64,000 nucleotides of DNA. Source: Moniliella sp. 'wahieum'. Lineage: Eukaryota. Under the pieces are notes generated by a model. That model worked only from the letters and a program-made list of their open reading frames with translations, searched no databases and was not told the DNA's origin. Within the stretch, counting starts at the first letter, position 1. Every line of letters begins with the position of its first letter. Location of the stretch: the NCBI GenBank assembly GCA_003971905.1, contig RSEE01000050.1:1-64000 (forward strand), written 5' to 3'. Made by a program: the position numbers and the translations under genes. Shown one piece after another: positions 25,201-36,659 of the stretch.

Positions 25201-25298
25201 CGCGGGCGCGGACGAGACGACGCCGCCATTGGGGTAAGCGATGGGGACGAGGGGGCGCGGGGGGCGGTGGGGTTGATGGCGGTGGAGTCCGGAGGCAT
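22274..25298 (-). CDS. Patatin-like triacylglycerol lipase (TGL3/TGL4/TGL5 type, DUF3336 + patatin)
   Basis: KRKLRAKLRRAKSWGEWISIAREMD; LGTSALCLSGGASFAYYHFGVARALLDAALLPKVVTGTSAGGLVAA (GxSxG); LLNYHTAPDCVIWSA; WGHRFKDGSLRMDIP. Several introns and frameshifts. Confidence 0.9.
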
Positions 25299-27817
25299 CC
25301 ACACAGGGCGAAGGACACGCCGACGTCAGCGTCGGCTGTCCACCGGCAAATCGCTCAAGCGGGATCGAACGTCGGCGTCAGATCTCAGCGGCGCTTTCAC
25401 CTGGGACAGCCGACGACGCTGAGAAACCAGGCGGGTGACTGGCTACATATTCACGTCGCATGATGCATGATGCATGACAATGACGTCATGCATGCGCCCG
25501 CCTGCCGAGTCGAAAGAAGCTGCTTTTGGCGCCGGCCGGAACCGGACCCAGCCCCACGGGGCGCCTTCTCGCCTCCAGCCGCATGTGGTGTTGGGACACT
25601 GGTGCAGTCCAAGGGCTAGCCAGACTCTGGCGCTCCCAGCCCCTTCCACCTTACCACTTCTCAGCCCCACACACATCAGTCCTGCTGGACTATAGCGAGA
25701 GAGAGCCAGTCAACACCTGGATATCCGCAGCCCGCCATGGTTGCACAGGCTTATCGGTACGAAGATGCTTTGTGCCCATTGCGCCCAGTCTTGTCAAACT
25801 CTTCCTGCTGCGCCCGACGACCCAGCGTCAGCGCCGTTGAGAGCAGGGGCTCTGGAAAGTGCCCCGCATTCTGTCTATACCTGTCATGCGGCACTTGAGG
25901 CCTGGTTCCTTCTGTTGTACCAGCAAGTGCTATCGGAGGTATTCTTAGTGCCTTCGCAGCCTTCACATGTCACATGCCACACCTTCGCTTGCTTCTTCTG
26001 CTTCTGCGATGGGGTTTAAACAGGAGGGGGTTACCAAAAGGGGTCAACGTTCAACCAACAGACAGCATCCTCGATCACTCGATCACTGGGCATCCTTTAA
26101 GCTTTACCCCGCCTTCCATTCTCGTCCCTTCGCGCGCCTTTCCTGTCCAACTCCTGGCCGTCTCCAGCCTCCTGGCCGTCTCAGCCAATTGATTGAGTAA
26201 TACAGGCAACCTCTCTTCTCCACTTAGCTGTCTATACTCTTCATCTAACCTCGTCCTCCAGCTTTCCATCCGCCCAGTTGGGAGAGCCTTTCTCACAAGC
26301 CGCGTCGATTCCCCGTACCACAGCATATCGCCTGGGTTCCTTTCCAGCCATGTCAACAGCTGCCCCTGCCCAGCCTCAGATCTAGCAGTGTTTGTGCTCC
26401 ACTGCCTCCGATCTATATACCCGTCCCTAAGCCCGCCCGGAGAGGCTTCAAACACGTTATAACGGCCCAAGCTAGTGCCTACGCAACCTTGGCATACGTG
26501 CAGCCGCCTTTGGCTTCACGCCCAAAGGCTTCTCCTCGCCCCTAGCTCCGTACGGATCCACCAAGTATTATTTAGTCTAGGCCCGAAACTACCGTGTGTC
26601 GTCCGTCACGCGTCACCTAAGGGATTGTGCCCCACAAACCTGTGGGTGCGCCCGCTTGACGGGGCCGGCCTGTGACAGGGTCGTCGTAATTCACGTTACA
26701 TGGATCGACACCATCGGTACCATCAATCATCGACCTTGCTCCATCCCCTCCCTTTCTCCACCGACCCCTTTGTCCCTCCCCCCCATCTTTTTGTCCCACA
26801 GACCCCAATTGCTCCCCACATCAACTTCTTGCTCCACCGTCCGCTTTGTGCCACGGTTACTCTTTGCACCACCGCTCCCCTTTGAGCCAGTAGTGAAGGC
26901 CCCGTACGATAGCCGGCATGAAATAGCACACTCATCCACCCTATCGAGCTTAAACGCTATACCTTCGGGGGGATCCGAACGGAGCTACTAGGGGCAGGCA
27001 GAGACCCATCGGGTGGACATTTCCGTCTTGCAAAATAAGCATTGCGGGCAGCCGGTAGCCTTGTGGCCAGGGCAACGGCAGTGAAGGCATAACTCTCGGC
27101 GTGGATTGAAGGGACACTGTGCGCGAGTGTGGTCGTTGGTGCGGCAATGAGGGCACCGCCAGTGAGCCACAGGTAGGGGGCATTTATGGTAGTGGAGACG
27201 TCAGGTCGGCGAGCAATATATAGGGTTGTTGGCGGATTCTTGTGCACCCTCCGATACAGAGAGTAGGGATGTAAGCGCTAAGCAGCGATGTCTAAGCTTG
27301 CTATTAGCTGTCGTCCTGGTCGACTTCTCGGAGCTCCTGGACCCCTTCAACTGGTCTAACGACCTACGTACGCGGCTCCTACCTCTCGTAGGGTCTGAGC
27401 TGTGGCCCTTGCACGCAGGCAGCCACCCAAACTACACAGGATTTGGAGCAGGACCTAACGCACGAGACACCGATTGGCCTGTCCAAGGATTTATACCCCT
27501 AAACTACAGGGGGAGTCCCACCTCGGGAACCCCCATGACGCCTCTCGAAATATACAATGTTGCGTGGAGGCGTTCTGGCCTAAGTCTGTGACCGTGACCG
27601 AGGTGTTATTGGTACGAACGATGTAGAGACAACGATGTTCACTTCTCTCTGCACCGTCCATATCCCTATATCTTCATAAATCTAGAACAAAAATCAGAAT
27701 TCAATATGAGCTCCTCAGTTGCACGGCAACCGACTGAGAGTTTACAATGCCGACTAGTGAAGGCTGGCACACTAAACAGCATCCGAGAAATGATGGATGG
27801 GGAGCGGCCACAATCGA

Positions 27818-30396
27818 TCAATCCAGCAGCAGCGAGGCAATATGAGCAGGCGTGAGCACTCGAAAGTAGGACGAGTTGAATGAGAGTCGGGAAGCAAGCA
27901 GAACAGGAGGCACTTGCACATCCTCGTCAGGGGGTTGATCCACTTGAAACATGCCGCTGGGAAGGGGGCTCACTTCTCCTGAAACCAGTCGTTCATTGGC
28001 CGGAAAGAGCTGGCCGGCATACAGAAGGAACCCCGTCACCGCATGGTGGATCTCTGTTACCGCTGGACGTTTCGTTGAAGAAAGCGTTGTAATGGAAGCC
28101 AATGATGTAGGGGGGCAAAAGGCTACCTCATCTGGAGGTGCCTCCACATTGAATGCGGACTCGGGACGGGCCACATAGCCGGAAAGATGAACCACAATGC
28201 AGCAGTCTCGGTAAACTATGCGGAGCTCATTGTGCCCAATGATTGAAGAGAATACACCCACCAACGTCGGACGCGATTCACCTTTCCCGAGTGCAGCTGT
28301 TGATGTACGGGGGGGAGGCAGTCGCATTTCGAAGGCGTGCCTGGCATTGTATCGCTCCACGCTTCAATTCGACGTTGATTTCTTCCAGAGTTTCCGTATG
28401 GTTGATATGATCCGTTCATCAGTGCTGTCACGGAACGGGATGGGTCCTAAAATGTCAGGATGGGCTTTGGTGGAGTAACTGACGAGGTGGGTTGTGTTCG
28501 TCCCACCATCAATAAGCACCAAGCGTCCGGGCTGGAAAAAGTGGACTCGGAAAAAGTGGACTCGGGGACGCCCAGGGACGATCTGTGGGCTGCCATCATC
28601 CGATCCCGTCTGTTCCAATGGCAGGGACCGCACAACATGGTGTGAAAGCACCTCGGGCCAAAGTATGCCAGGAAAGGAAAGCCTTTTGGCCCATCCGAGC
28701 CGAATGACGTTCAATTGAAGTACGTCAGATCGCGACACATACGCAATTCGTGCCTGCCCATTAATGGAGCCAATCGAGTAACTTTGCACCCTTTCCCGCC
28801 CAGTAAAAGTGTGTGCTCGGGAGACAATTCCCCTTCGTTCCATTTGGGAGAACGATACTGCCATCAAGTGGGAAAGCATGAAGATCCCATCCACCGTAAG
28901 AACAATGACTATTCCCGGAGTGATTCCTCGAGGAGGGGAACACGCTCACGGTTTGCAGATCCAATGACCGTAACACGCGCTGTTGGGTACACCATGCATC
29001 CCCACATATAATTGCCACGGCAGGAGCTGCGCCCTCCATAGCCTTCAATGATCACTGCCTCAATTCTCCGGCCTGCGCCGTCCACAAAACAAACCGCGCT
29101 CCGCCACCTCGTCCACTCCAAAGAGCCAGGAAGGCAGGATGGATCTCTTGGAAAGGGTCCCCATGACTCGTTGGGGTTAGCGACAGGGCGTTCCTTCTTG
29201 TTGTCATACTGGAGATGGGTTAGAGTTAGGATTAGAAGAATTGATGCCACCAACCGCTGAAGGCAACTTCAATCTCATCTCGCGTAGTCGAGCTCTGAAT
29301 AAGCAGCGCTTTGTTGGGGGGGGGTTGGTCTAAGCCATTGTTGGAATATGTGAATGCGAAGGACCCATACGCGTTTCGAGTTAGGCAATGTTGAACCTGA
29401 GAAGCCCAAGTGGAATGGGCTAAGAAACAAGCACTCATATTAGCACTTCTTCTATAACCGGGTGTGTCTGGGGATTAGGGAATCCACACAACGTACACGG
29501 TCATCCATCGAAAACTCCATTTCCCTCAATCTCCAAGGTGCGATTGGGAAGAAAAACAGCCTGATAATCGGATGCTGCTGCCCGGTGGAGGGCGATGACG
29601 AAGGATGATGAAGGATGTTGCGGTCATCACAAGACAGAGGCTTCTCTTTCTTTATTGCCGATCCATCGTTCCACCATCCAAGATCCGGCCACCCCCTGAG
29701 CCTCGCCATCAATCCCCATAGCCTTCGCCAACACAATCGCCCAGGCCGTCAGAAGTGCGAGGCCAGATTAGTCTTTGACGCAACAAATAGGATTGGAACC
29801 ATCCTCAGCCTCTCTTGCATAACCCAAATCAAAGGAGGATTCAGTGTTGTTGTACTGGACGAGATACTCGTTCGCTCTGCGACCACGATGTCATTGAACG
29901 CGCGTGGCTTGTTTTTTGCAGATCACCACTATTATTCAGCTTTTGGTCCGCCGATGCTTAAACGTCTTTGCCTGAGGACGAGGTGCTTCGAACCCTGAAG
30001 AGTGGATCTGGCCCAATGGCTGATAGGAGGAGGCATGTGCTACCGCGTCATATGGTGGAGGTGGCAAGTCAAAGGTTGGGTCTGTTGATACGTCAACAGA
30101 CTCGAAGGGCGCAAAGGTGTTGTGGGCAGGGTGTGAATTGGTAGCGGTGGTGGAAAGCAAGCTGATGTGTACCCTGGCCCCACATCGGGGTGGATGGAAT
30201 CGTGCTGTACCCGTGTAGGTGGGTAGACTCAATGGGCAGCGCGGATGTTAGCGTGTCCTGGTCGTCTGAGGTAGAAGCAGATGGAAGCACTGGCATAATA
30301 CAGGAATTGGTGTCCCGCGACAGCAGCGCCACTCGGGGTGGGGTGTGGGTGTTCTTCAGGAATAGAGGGGCTCTTGTTGTCCTTTAGGGCTTGCAT
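27818..30396 (-). CDS. Divergent CNH-domain protein (Rom1/2-like), paralog A, DH domain mostly absent
   Basis: C-terminal HNELRIVYRDCCIVVHLSGYVARPESAFNVEAPPDEVAFCPP..EIHHAVTG resembles the end of Rom-type CNH domains. Colinear similarity to the gene at 31767-34711. N-terminal PPPPY motif. Frameshifted. Confidence 0.55.
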
Positions 30397-31766
30397 GGAG
30401 AAGGTGGAGGGGCAAGGAAGAAGAGGCGATGGTGGCGATGCTATAACATGATTCATGGCAACCTATACCCAGCAAAGGTCTTATATGGGAAAAGTTTCAG
30501 TAAATGAGGACACTCCGTCTCGGCTAAAAGAGAGGAGAGAGTGATGTGAACGAAGGCGTGGGCCGGTTAGACTAGCTTTACTTTATTAGTGCGTAGCCCA
30601 CCCATCCATGATGTGGGCTGAGGACTGTTTTGTATTGCCCCTTCGATCGTGGCTGCGCCACATGGATCATGCATCATGCATCACCTCCCCTATTAGGTGT
30701 TGTACAGTAAGATCTGGACGTTTGATAGCCCAGTGATCACTTTTACCACTGGCAATATATCAATGACGCCTCAGGTCAAGGCCTGACATTGATATTGAAC
30801 AGGCATGTAGTGCTTCGGGCGCTCTTGAGAGAGCAGCGGCGGTAACATGCCACAGCCGATCGGATCCAGTGAGGGCGTCCACATCGAGCTGATTGCGCCA
30901 TAGAGTAGCTATCAGAACTCTGCCAATGCCGCGGCGTGCGTCCGAAATGCGCAGCACAGTTGGGGTTAGATGCAAAAGCGTCGCTCCTGCATATACGAGA
31001 GTCTGTCTCGTGCTTATTTACTTACACCCTCATATTATGTGTGCCTATAGTGAGAGTATAGTGGCTTTTTGTTACATGCCATCCTCTCATGCATCAGGAT
31101 ACTACGCACACAAGCCGACTGACCTGCATGATCCAGGCATGATCAATTAGTAACTGCATCCCCTATACTTAACGAGTAACTGCCAGTAACAGAGGATAAC
31201 GAAACAATCACACTCCCCTCTCTCTTCGACCTTTCTGTATCCCTCAAAATGGCCTCGATCAATCCCGCCCTTCTCTTTAATCATTATAATCACTGCCCCT
31301 TACCACACCTCCTCTCCCCACCCCCACTCGGTATGCATCTGCAACCCTCTCGCCTATGCCCCTCCCGTGCGCCACAGACCCCGTGTTTCATTCACCTCCG
31401 CAGCACGTGTATATAAACAGCCACACAATGTCCACAAAGCGTATATGTGGCGTCTTGAGCCACTCGGACGACATTGAGGAAATAATTCCTCAAAAATACA
31501 GAGTTAGGACCGTCCAGTGCCCCAAGGGCATCGCCAGACTCCTAATTGGCAGGTGTTCACAGATAAAGCCATCATACATGTTGTCAACCACATAGACTGA
31601 AGTGTATATCTATCATTCTTTTATATATAGAAGAGATTTAGCGAATGAGAAATGGTTTTCTGGTGGGAAGAAGGATACGTATGGGCAAAAGAGACGGGTT
31701 CGGGAAAACGAAAAAAGGGTAACGATGTGGAGAGGGGAAAAAAGACGGAAGCAGATCATCGTCCAC

Positions 31767-34711
31767 TCACTCGGTCGTTGTAGCCGACAGTGTGACCACT
31801 TCACCCACACATGGGTCCGAATCGAATCCCCTGTTGGTCACCACGACATAGGGCTCCTTCTCTTGCACGACTGAAGAGTTCTTGTTGAATAGAATACGGC
31901 AGGAGCGGTCAGAAGGAATCACAATTCGCTCATTGTAAAAACGGCGGGTAAGGCTATCGGGATACATCAAAGCGCCCGTGACGGCATGATGCACTTCCTC
32001 GATCCCTACTTGTTCCATAAATTGCGAAGGCCGGCAGTGGTGGAAGCCAATAATGTAGGGCGGGAAGAAGGCCACCTCATCGGGAATGGCTTCCCATTTG
32101 AAGGCTGCCTCGAGTCGAACGAGGTCTCCAGAGGAAGCGGAGACAACACAGCAGCATTCTCGATAAACAAGACGCAGCTCATTGTGCCCCATGCCTCGAA
32201 GGGAGTAAACCGCAACTGGGTGGCTCGATTCCAGCTCGGAGCGCACACTTAAATTTGAGGGGATCCAATCTTGCGGAGGAGAAATGAAGGGCATCGTATC
32301 GTCGCCGGGCTCGTTTGGACGGGTTCCTGAGACGGTTTCATCATCTCCCAAATCGGGAAAGGATGGGAGAGACATATGATTTCCATCCTGGCTGTCTTGG
32401 GAGTAGGTGACCAAGTCCACTGTGCTCGATTCGCCTTTGATAATGGCCAACATGTTTGGAGATAGAAACTGAACTCGGGGGAGATCTGGAAGGGCTTCTT
32501 CGTCCGATTCTGCTTTCCCTTCCCCTTTGATTCAACAATTGGACACAATTCACGGTCATCCATAATGTATGGGGCCATCAGACCTGGCCAGGAAGTAGGG
32601 CTTCGGCGCCAGCCAATACGGATGATGCGCAGTCCGGGAGAGGATGTTTGCGCCAGATAGACAATCCGTTCTTCCCGTTGATGGTTCCAATCCAGAAGTT
32701 TTGGACTTTTGTTTTAATTAGAAGCATAGCAGATGAAAAAGGAGTGCGTTTCTTAATCGCACTAAGCGGGTAAGCCTGCAGATCCCCATTCGCCGTAAGC
32801 ACAAGCAAGAGTCCAGAGATGGGTCCGGAAGAAAGTAAAACACCCCAGTTTGCACATCCAACGCCGGCAATACAGGCCAGCATTTGGCGTTTGGAATTTG
32901 CTTCCGAAAGAAGAGGCTGCCACGAATGAGACTGATGTTCCCATGAAATTCCAAAACGATTGCCTCCATCTTCTGGCCGGTATCATCGACGAACCTCACA
33001 ACGCTCCGCAGGCGTCTGGGGGTGTCGGGGTCTAGAGGGCAGTATTCTGACATATAACCCTCAAGGGGAACATGATCAGCGGGATGGGACACAACCTTGT
33101 AATAATTTGTGCACGACTCAAGAAGGGTGGGAGCAACACAATGACTCCGCCCTGATCGCACACATCTTTTGGCAACCTCTTTCCGCCTGGCCGCGGTCTT
33201 GATCAACAGGATCGGAGGCGTCACCATCGATACCATTGTTCGTGTACGTTAGCTCAAACAATCCAGAATCGTTTTCCGTGGATGCCATGTGGTACCTTAG
33301 CAAGCGAAGAGGAATGGGCTGCGGAGACAAGGCATATGTGTTAACAGATTGCACACACGCATAGAGAAAGTGAGATCTGAACTGACCCTGTCTGAAGGTA
33401 AAACCTCCCAACTTCCTTCCTCCTCGACAAAGACGCAATTTTGCCGGGAATCATCTTCATGTGTTATTCCTGGCGAAGGGCGATGACGGAGTAGGAGATG
33501 GCATTTGTCGGTTAAGACAAGACAGATTTTCTCCCTTTGGTTGCTGGAGCCGTTGATCACGCGCTCTACCATCCAGGATCCGATCATACCCCCTTCATCT
33601 TCGTCGATTCCCATGGCCTGGGCCAGCACAAAATCCCCCAGGCGGCATTCGCGTGGCCAGCGAAGTCTTGGGCGCAACCAATAGGCCTGGGAGAGAGCGG
33701 CAGCCCGAGTCTCATAATCCGCATTGGACCTTTCGACTAATAAGGACAACCTCTCACAGACCTCGCTGAGACACGCGTTCTCCGCCTCAATCCCACTGTC
33801 TCCGGAGCGACCGTCGTGAAGTTTACTGCACACATAGTGGAGGTCCCGCATCCAGGTGCAAGGGATACAGAGGAATTCGGACAGGGACATATGTCGGGCG
33901 CCTTGCCAACCTTGAAAATTCGTCCAGTGGTACCTCGGCTCGGCAGGCTCTTGGACCCGCTCGTACCTCATAACCATGATGCGAGCCTCAGCGAATGCCT
34001 TGAGAGAAGTTTCGAGGCGCGGGTCATTGGCACACTTGAGAAGACAATTCCCGATGCGCGCTCCAAATCGGTAGGCATTCTTTTCAGTAAGCCGAACTCG
34101 GAATGCTTTGAGTAGCTCTTGCGTCACTTCTAACAGCGGGCTGAGCCCTCTCTGAGCGGTAGTAGCCACCCTTGTACTTGCACGGTGGATCAACGTATTC
34201 TCTTGCGAGACAAACCCTCCGCTATCTTCGGGTTTCAACTCGAGCAGTTCTGCCCTGAAGTTGTACACCCCATTGCACCGAGGCTCTACCTCTCTCAGGA
34301 CAGAGGGCAGGCCAACGTGATGAAGCCAAAGAAGGTCGGCCACCGTCTTGGCTTGCAATTTCACCATATCATAGATGGTCACTTGACGCAAAGCGTTGGC
34401 GACTGTTGAGTGGGATGGGACCTCTTCCACGAATCGCCTCCATGCTTCATCCTGGCCCGTGTGGATATAGCGTATCAGTGCTCGATCCAGTTTCTTTCGA
34501 GCATGACGGGTTGATCCAGTCCGGGGGCTTTGAGATTGTGAATTGATGGGTCTGCCGATGCAGCCCGTGGCTGTTCGAATTGCTCTAATGCCGATTCATA
34601 GGACGGTGGCGGTGAATCATTACCTTCATCCAGAAGTGAATCAGTTTGGGAGTAGGGGGGAAGGTTGCCACTAGGTGGTGTCCTCCGAGAACGCCAGGAC
34701 CATGCTCTCAT
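31767..34711 (-). CDS. Divergent RhoGEF(DH)-(PH)-CNH protein (Rom1/2-like), paralog B
   Basis: RQVTIYDMVKLQAKTVADL (DH helix-1-like); LSEFLCIPCTWMRDL (DH CR3-like); ELRLVYRECCCVV..FKWEAIPDEVAFFPPYIIGFH..EVHHAVTGAL (CNH-like). N-terminal LPPY and PPPSY motifs. Probable intron near 33360-33295. Confidence 0.6.
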
Positions 34712-36659
34712 CTCACTTTCCACAGTTGTTGATTGCCCGCGGCTCCAATGATCTCTCGCCGTATCGACTGGCGGGAAGTTCTCAAAAGGGCAGCGTCGCT
34801 GGAGAAGGTGTTGGCCTGGAACAGGGCAATATCAGTAGCTGGGTCGCTGGTGTCTCCCTAGTAAGGGGGTGGAGATGCACGATTCGGAGAGTTGAAGGTG
34901 GTGGGGGAGGGGAAATAGAACGAGGTGGAGACAGCGTCTGGGTCGGGAGGATGCCAGAGCCGTGTATATGGATTGGTCTTATATGAAGCGGTCGCGTCTC
35001 GTTAGTACTGCCCAGAACGCTCCTGTTCTCATGGACTGCGCCACTGTGATGCACACTCCCCTGTGGTCTATGTATCTATGTATACACGCTATGGGGAAAA
35101 AAGGGTGGCTGCGCTGCCTTAATTGTGCAACGAAGACACCCCCTGTGCGGTGCATCCCCATATAGAATTGAGATATGAAAAAGTGCTCCTGAGGCTGCGT
35201 TGGTTGAGCGCGGCCTATTGAACTTTAAAACACCACTTCGCTCCCCAACAGATCAGAGGGTTGTCAGTGGCTGTACCACTCCCTGACCTTTCACCAGTTT
35301 CACCTACACTATTCATAAGAAGAAGAAAAGACAGCCGATGATCTCGATAATCCTTTGTTCCTTCTCGGGGCGTCGTCCGTATACTGTTCTCGTACATGAG
35401 TCTCCGCCAGTACGAGTTTCTGTAGAGTGATATACATACTGAGCATACGATGATAGTTATTGCTTCTAAGCTTGGTGCCTTTGGCTCTCCCAGTTCTCAA
35501 GGGGAGTGTGCATATAACACCTTTTATTGTGTTTTGTGAAGAGAAGATGGCACATCATGTGAAGTATGTACATATATATACTAGCCGGAGTTTATTCCTC
35601 TCACTTTCGGAGCAGAGCTTTTTGTCATGTTTACACAGAGAGAGGGCAACAGAGCAGGATGGGCCACTAATATATCCCTTAGAATAGTGTATCTAATCAA
35701 TATATCCTCTTCAGTACGTGAGTACTTGGTGAGAAGTAAGATTTTGGCTGACCAGCCCGAGATCGTTCTTGATAACCGCTTCCAAAAGGTTCAAACGAGA
35801 TCTGAGAGCTAGTGAGCTATAGTGTGAGGCATCGACATAGGAGATCCGAGGTCTCTACAAGTCGACCATATGACACCTTTTAACATATTTGCCCTTAGCC
35901 TTCAAAGCCCTCTCGGAGAGAAGCTTTTTTATGTATAAACTCTCCCCCCTGTGCCCCTGCCTACTCTTGTTCCATATGCTGCAACAGAAGCATGATGCCA
36001 CCGTTGCGGAGTGGATAATAGAAGCAGAGCACTATATTTGACGCGCAGTCTTCAAGTTCTACAGCATAGAGGGCTAATCGACTAATCCGACGGTATTAGC
36101 AATGATTGATGAGTGGGAACGAGGTTACAAGCAGTGGAAGGGTGTGGCGGTGAAAAGGAGATGCGCAGCTTGCACAGGGGGAAAAAGAGAAGGAAAAGAG
36201 GGCTGCGCGCACAGCAGCTGTGGGTACGGCGCCAGCTACTAATCGGCAAGCGATCATCGACCCTTCCACGTCCTATAATAACCGGCCATAACCCCTTTGG
36301 TCTCTCACATGCGTTTGTGCGGTCTTTGCTTCTCTTCAAGACATTCATAGTGTAGGAGTACTAGCTATGCCAAGGATTTTAAGGTAGAGCGGCGGTAGGC
36401 CGTAGGATCCTCTGAGATCGGACGTGACAGGGCGTAATAACCTTAGTACTTTTGCTCACCTCTATATTTAACGCAACCAACTCCAACAACGCAATCAAAT
36501 CATCATAAACACAATTGCTTTACGCATCTCAAGACAAAACGAAGAAGAGAGGAAGAACGGAGCACATCAAACATGGTCCCCTTGGATCCGCATCCTATCC
36601 GCAGCGCCGCGTTCGTCCCCCCCCTCGGCACACGAAGGAGCGGCGGAGCAGCGAACCAA

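Noticed and set aside
26671..36440. Short shared sequence GTGACAGGG at 26672 and 36424 as element termini or LTR ends
   Set aside because: The match is only about 9 bp, with no TSD or extended similarity.
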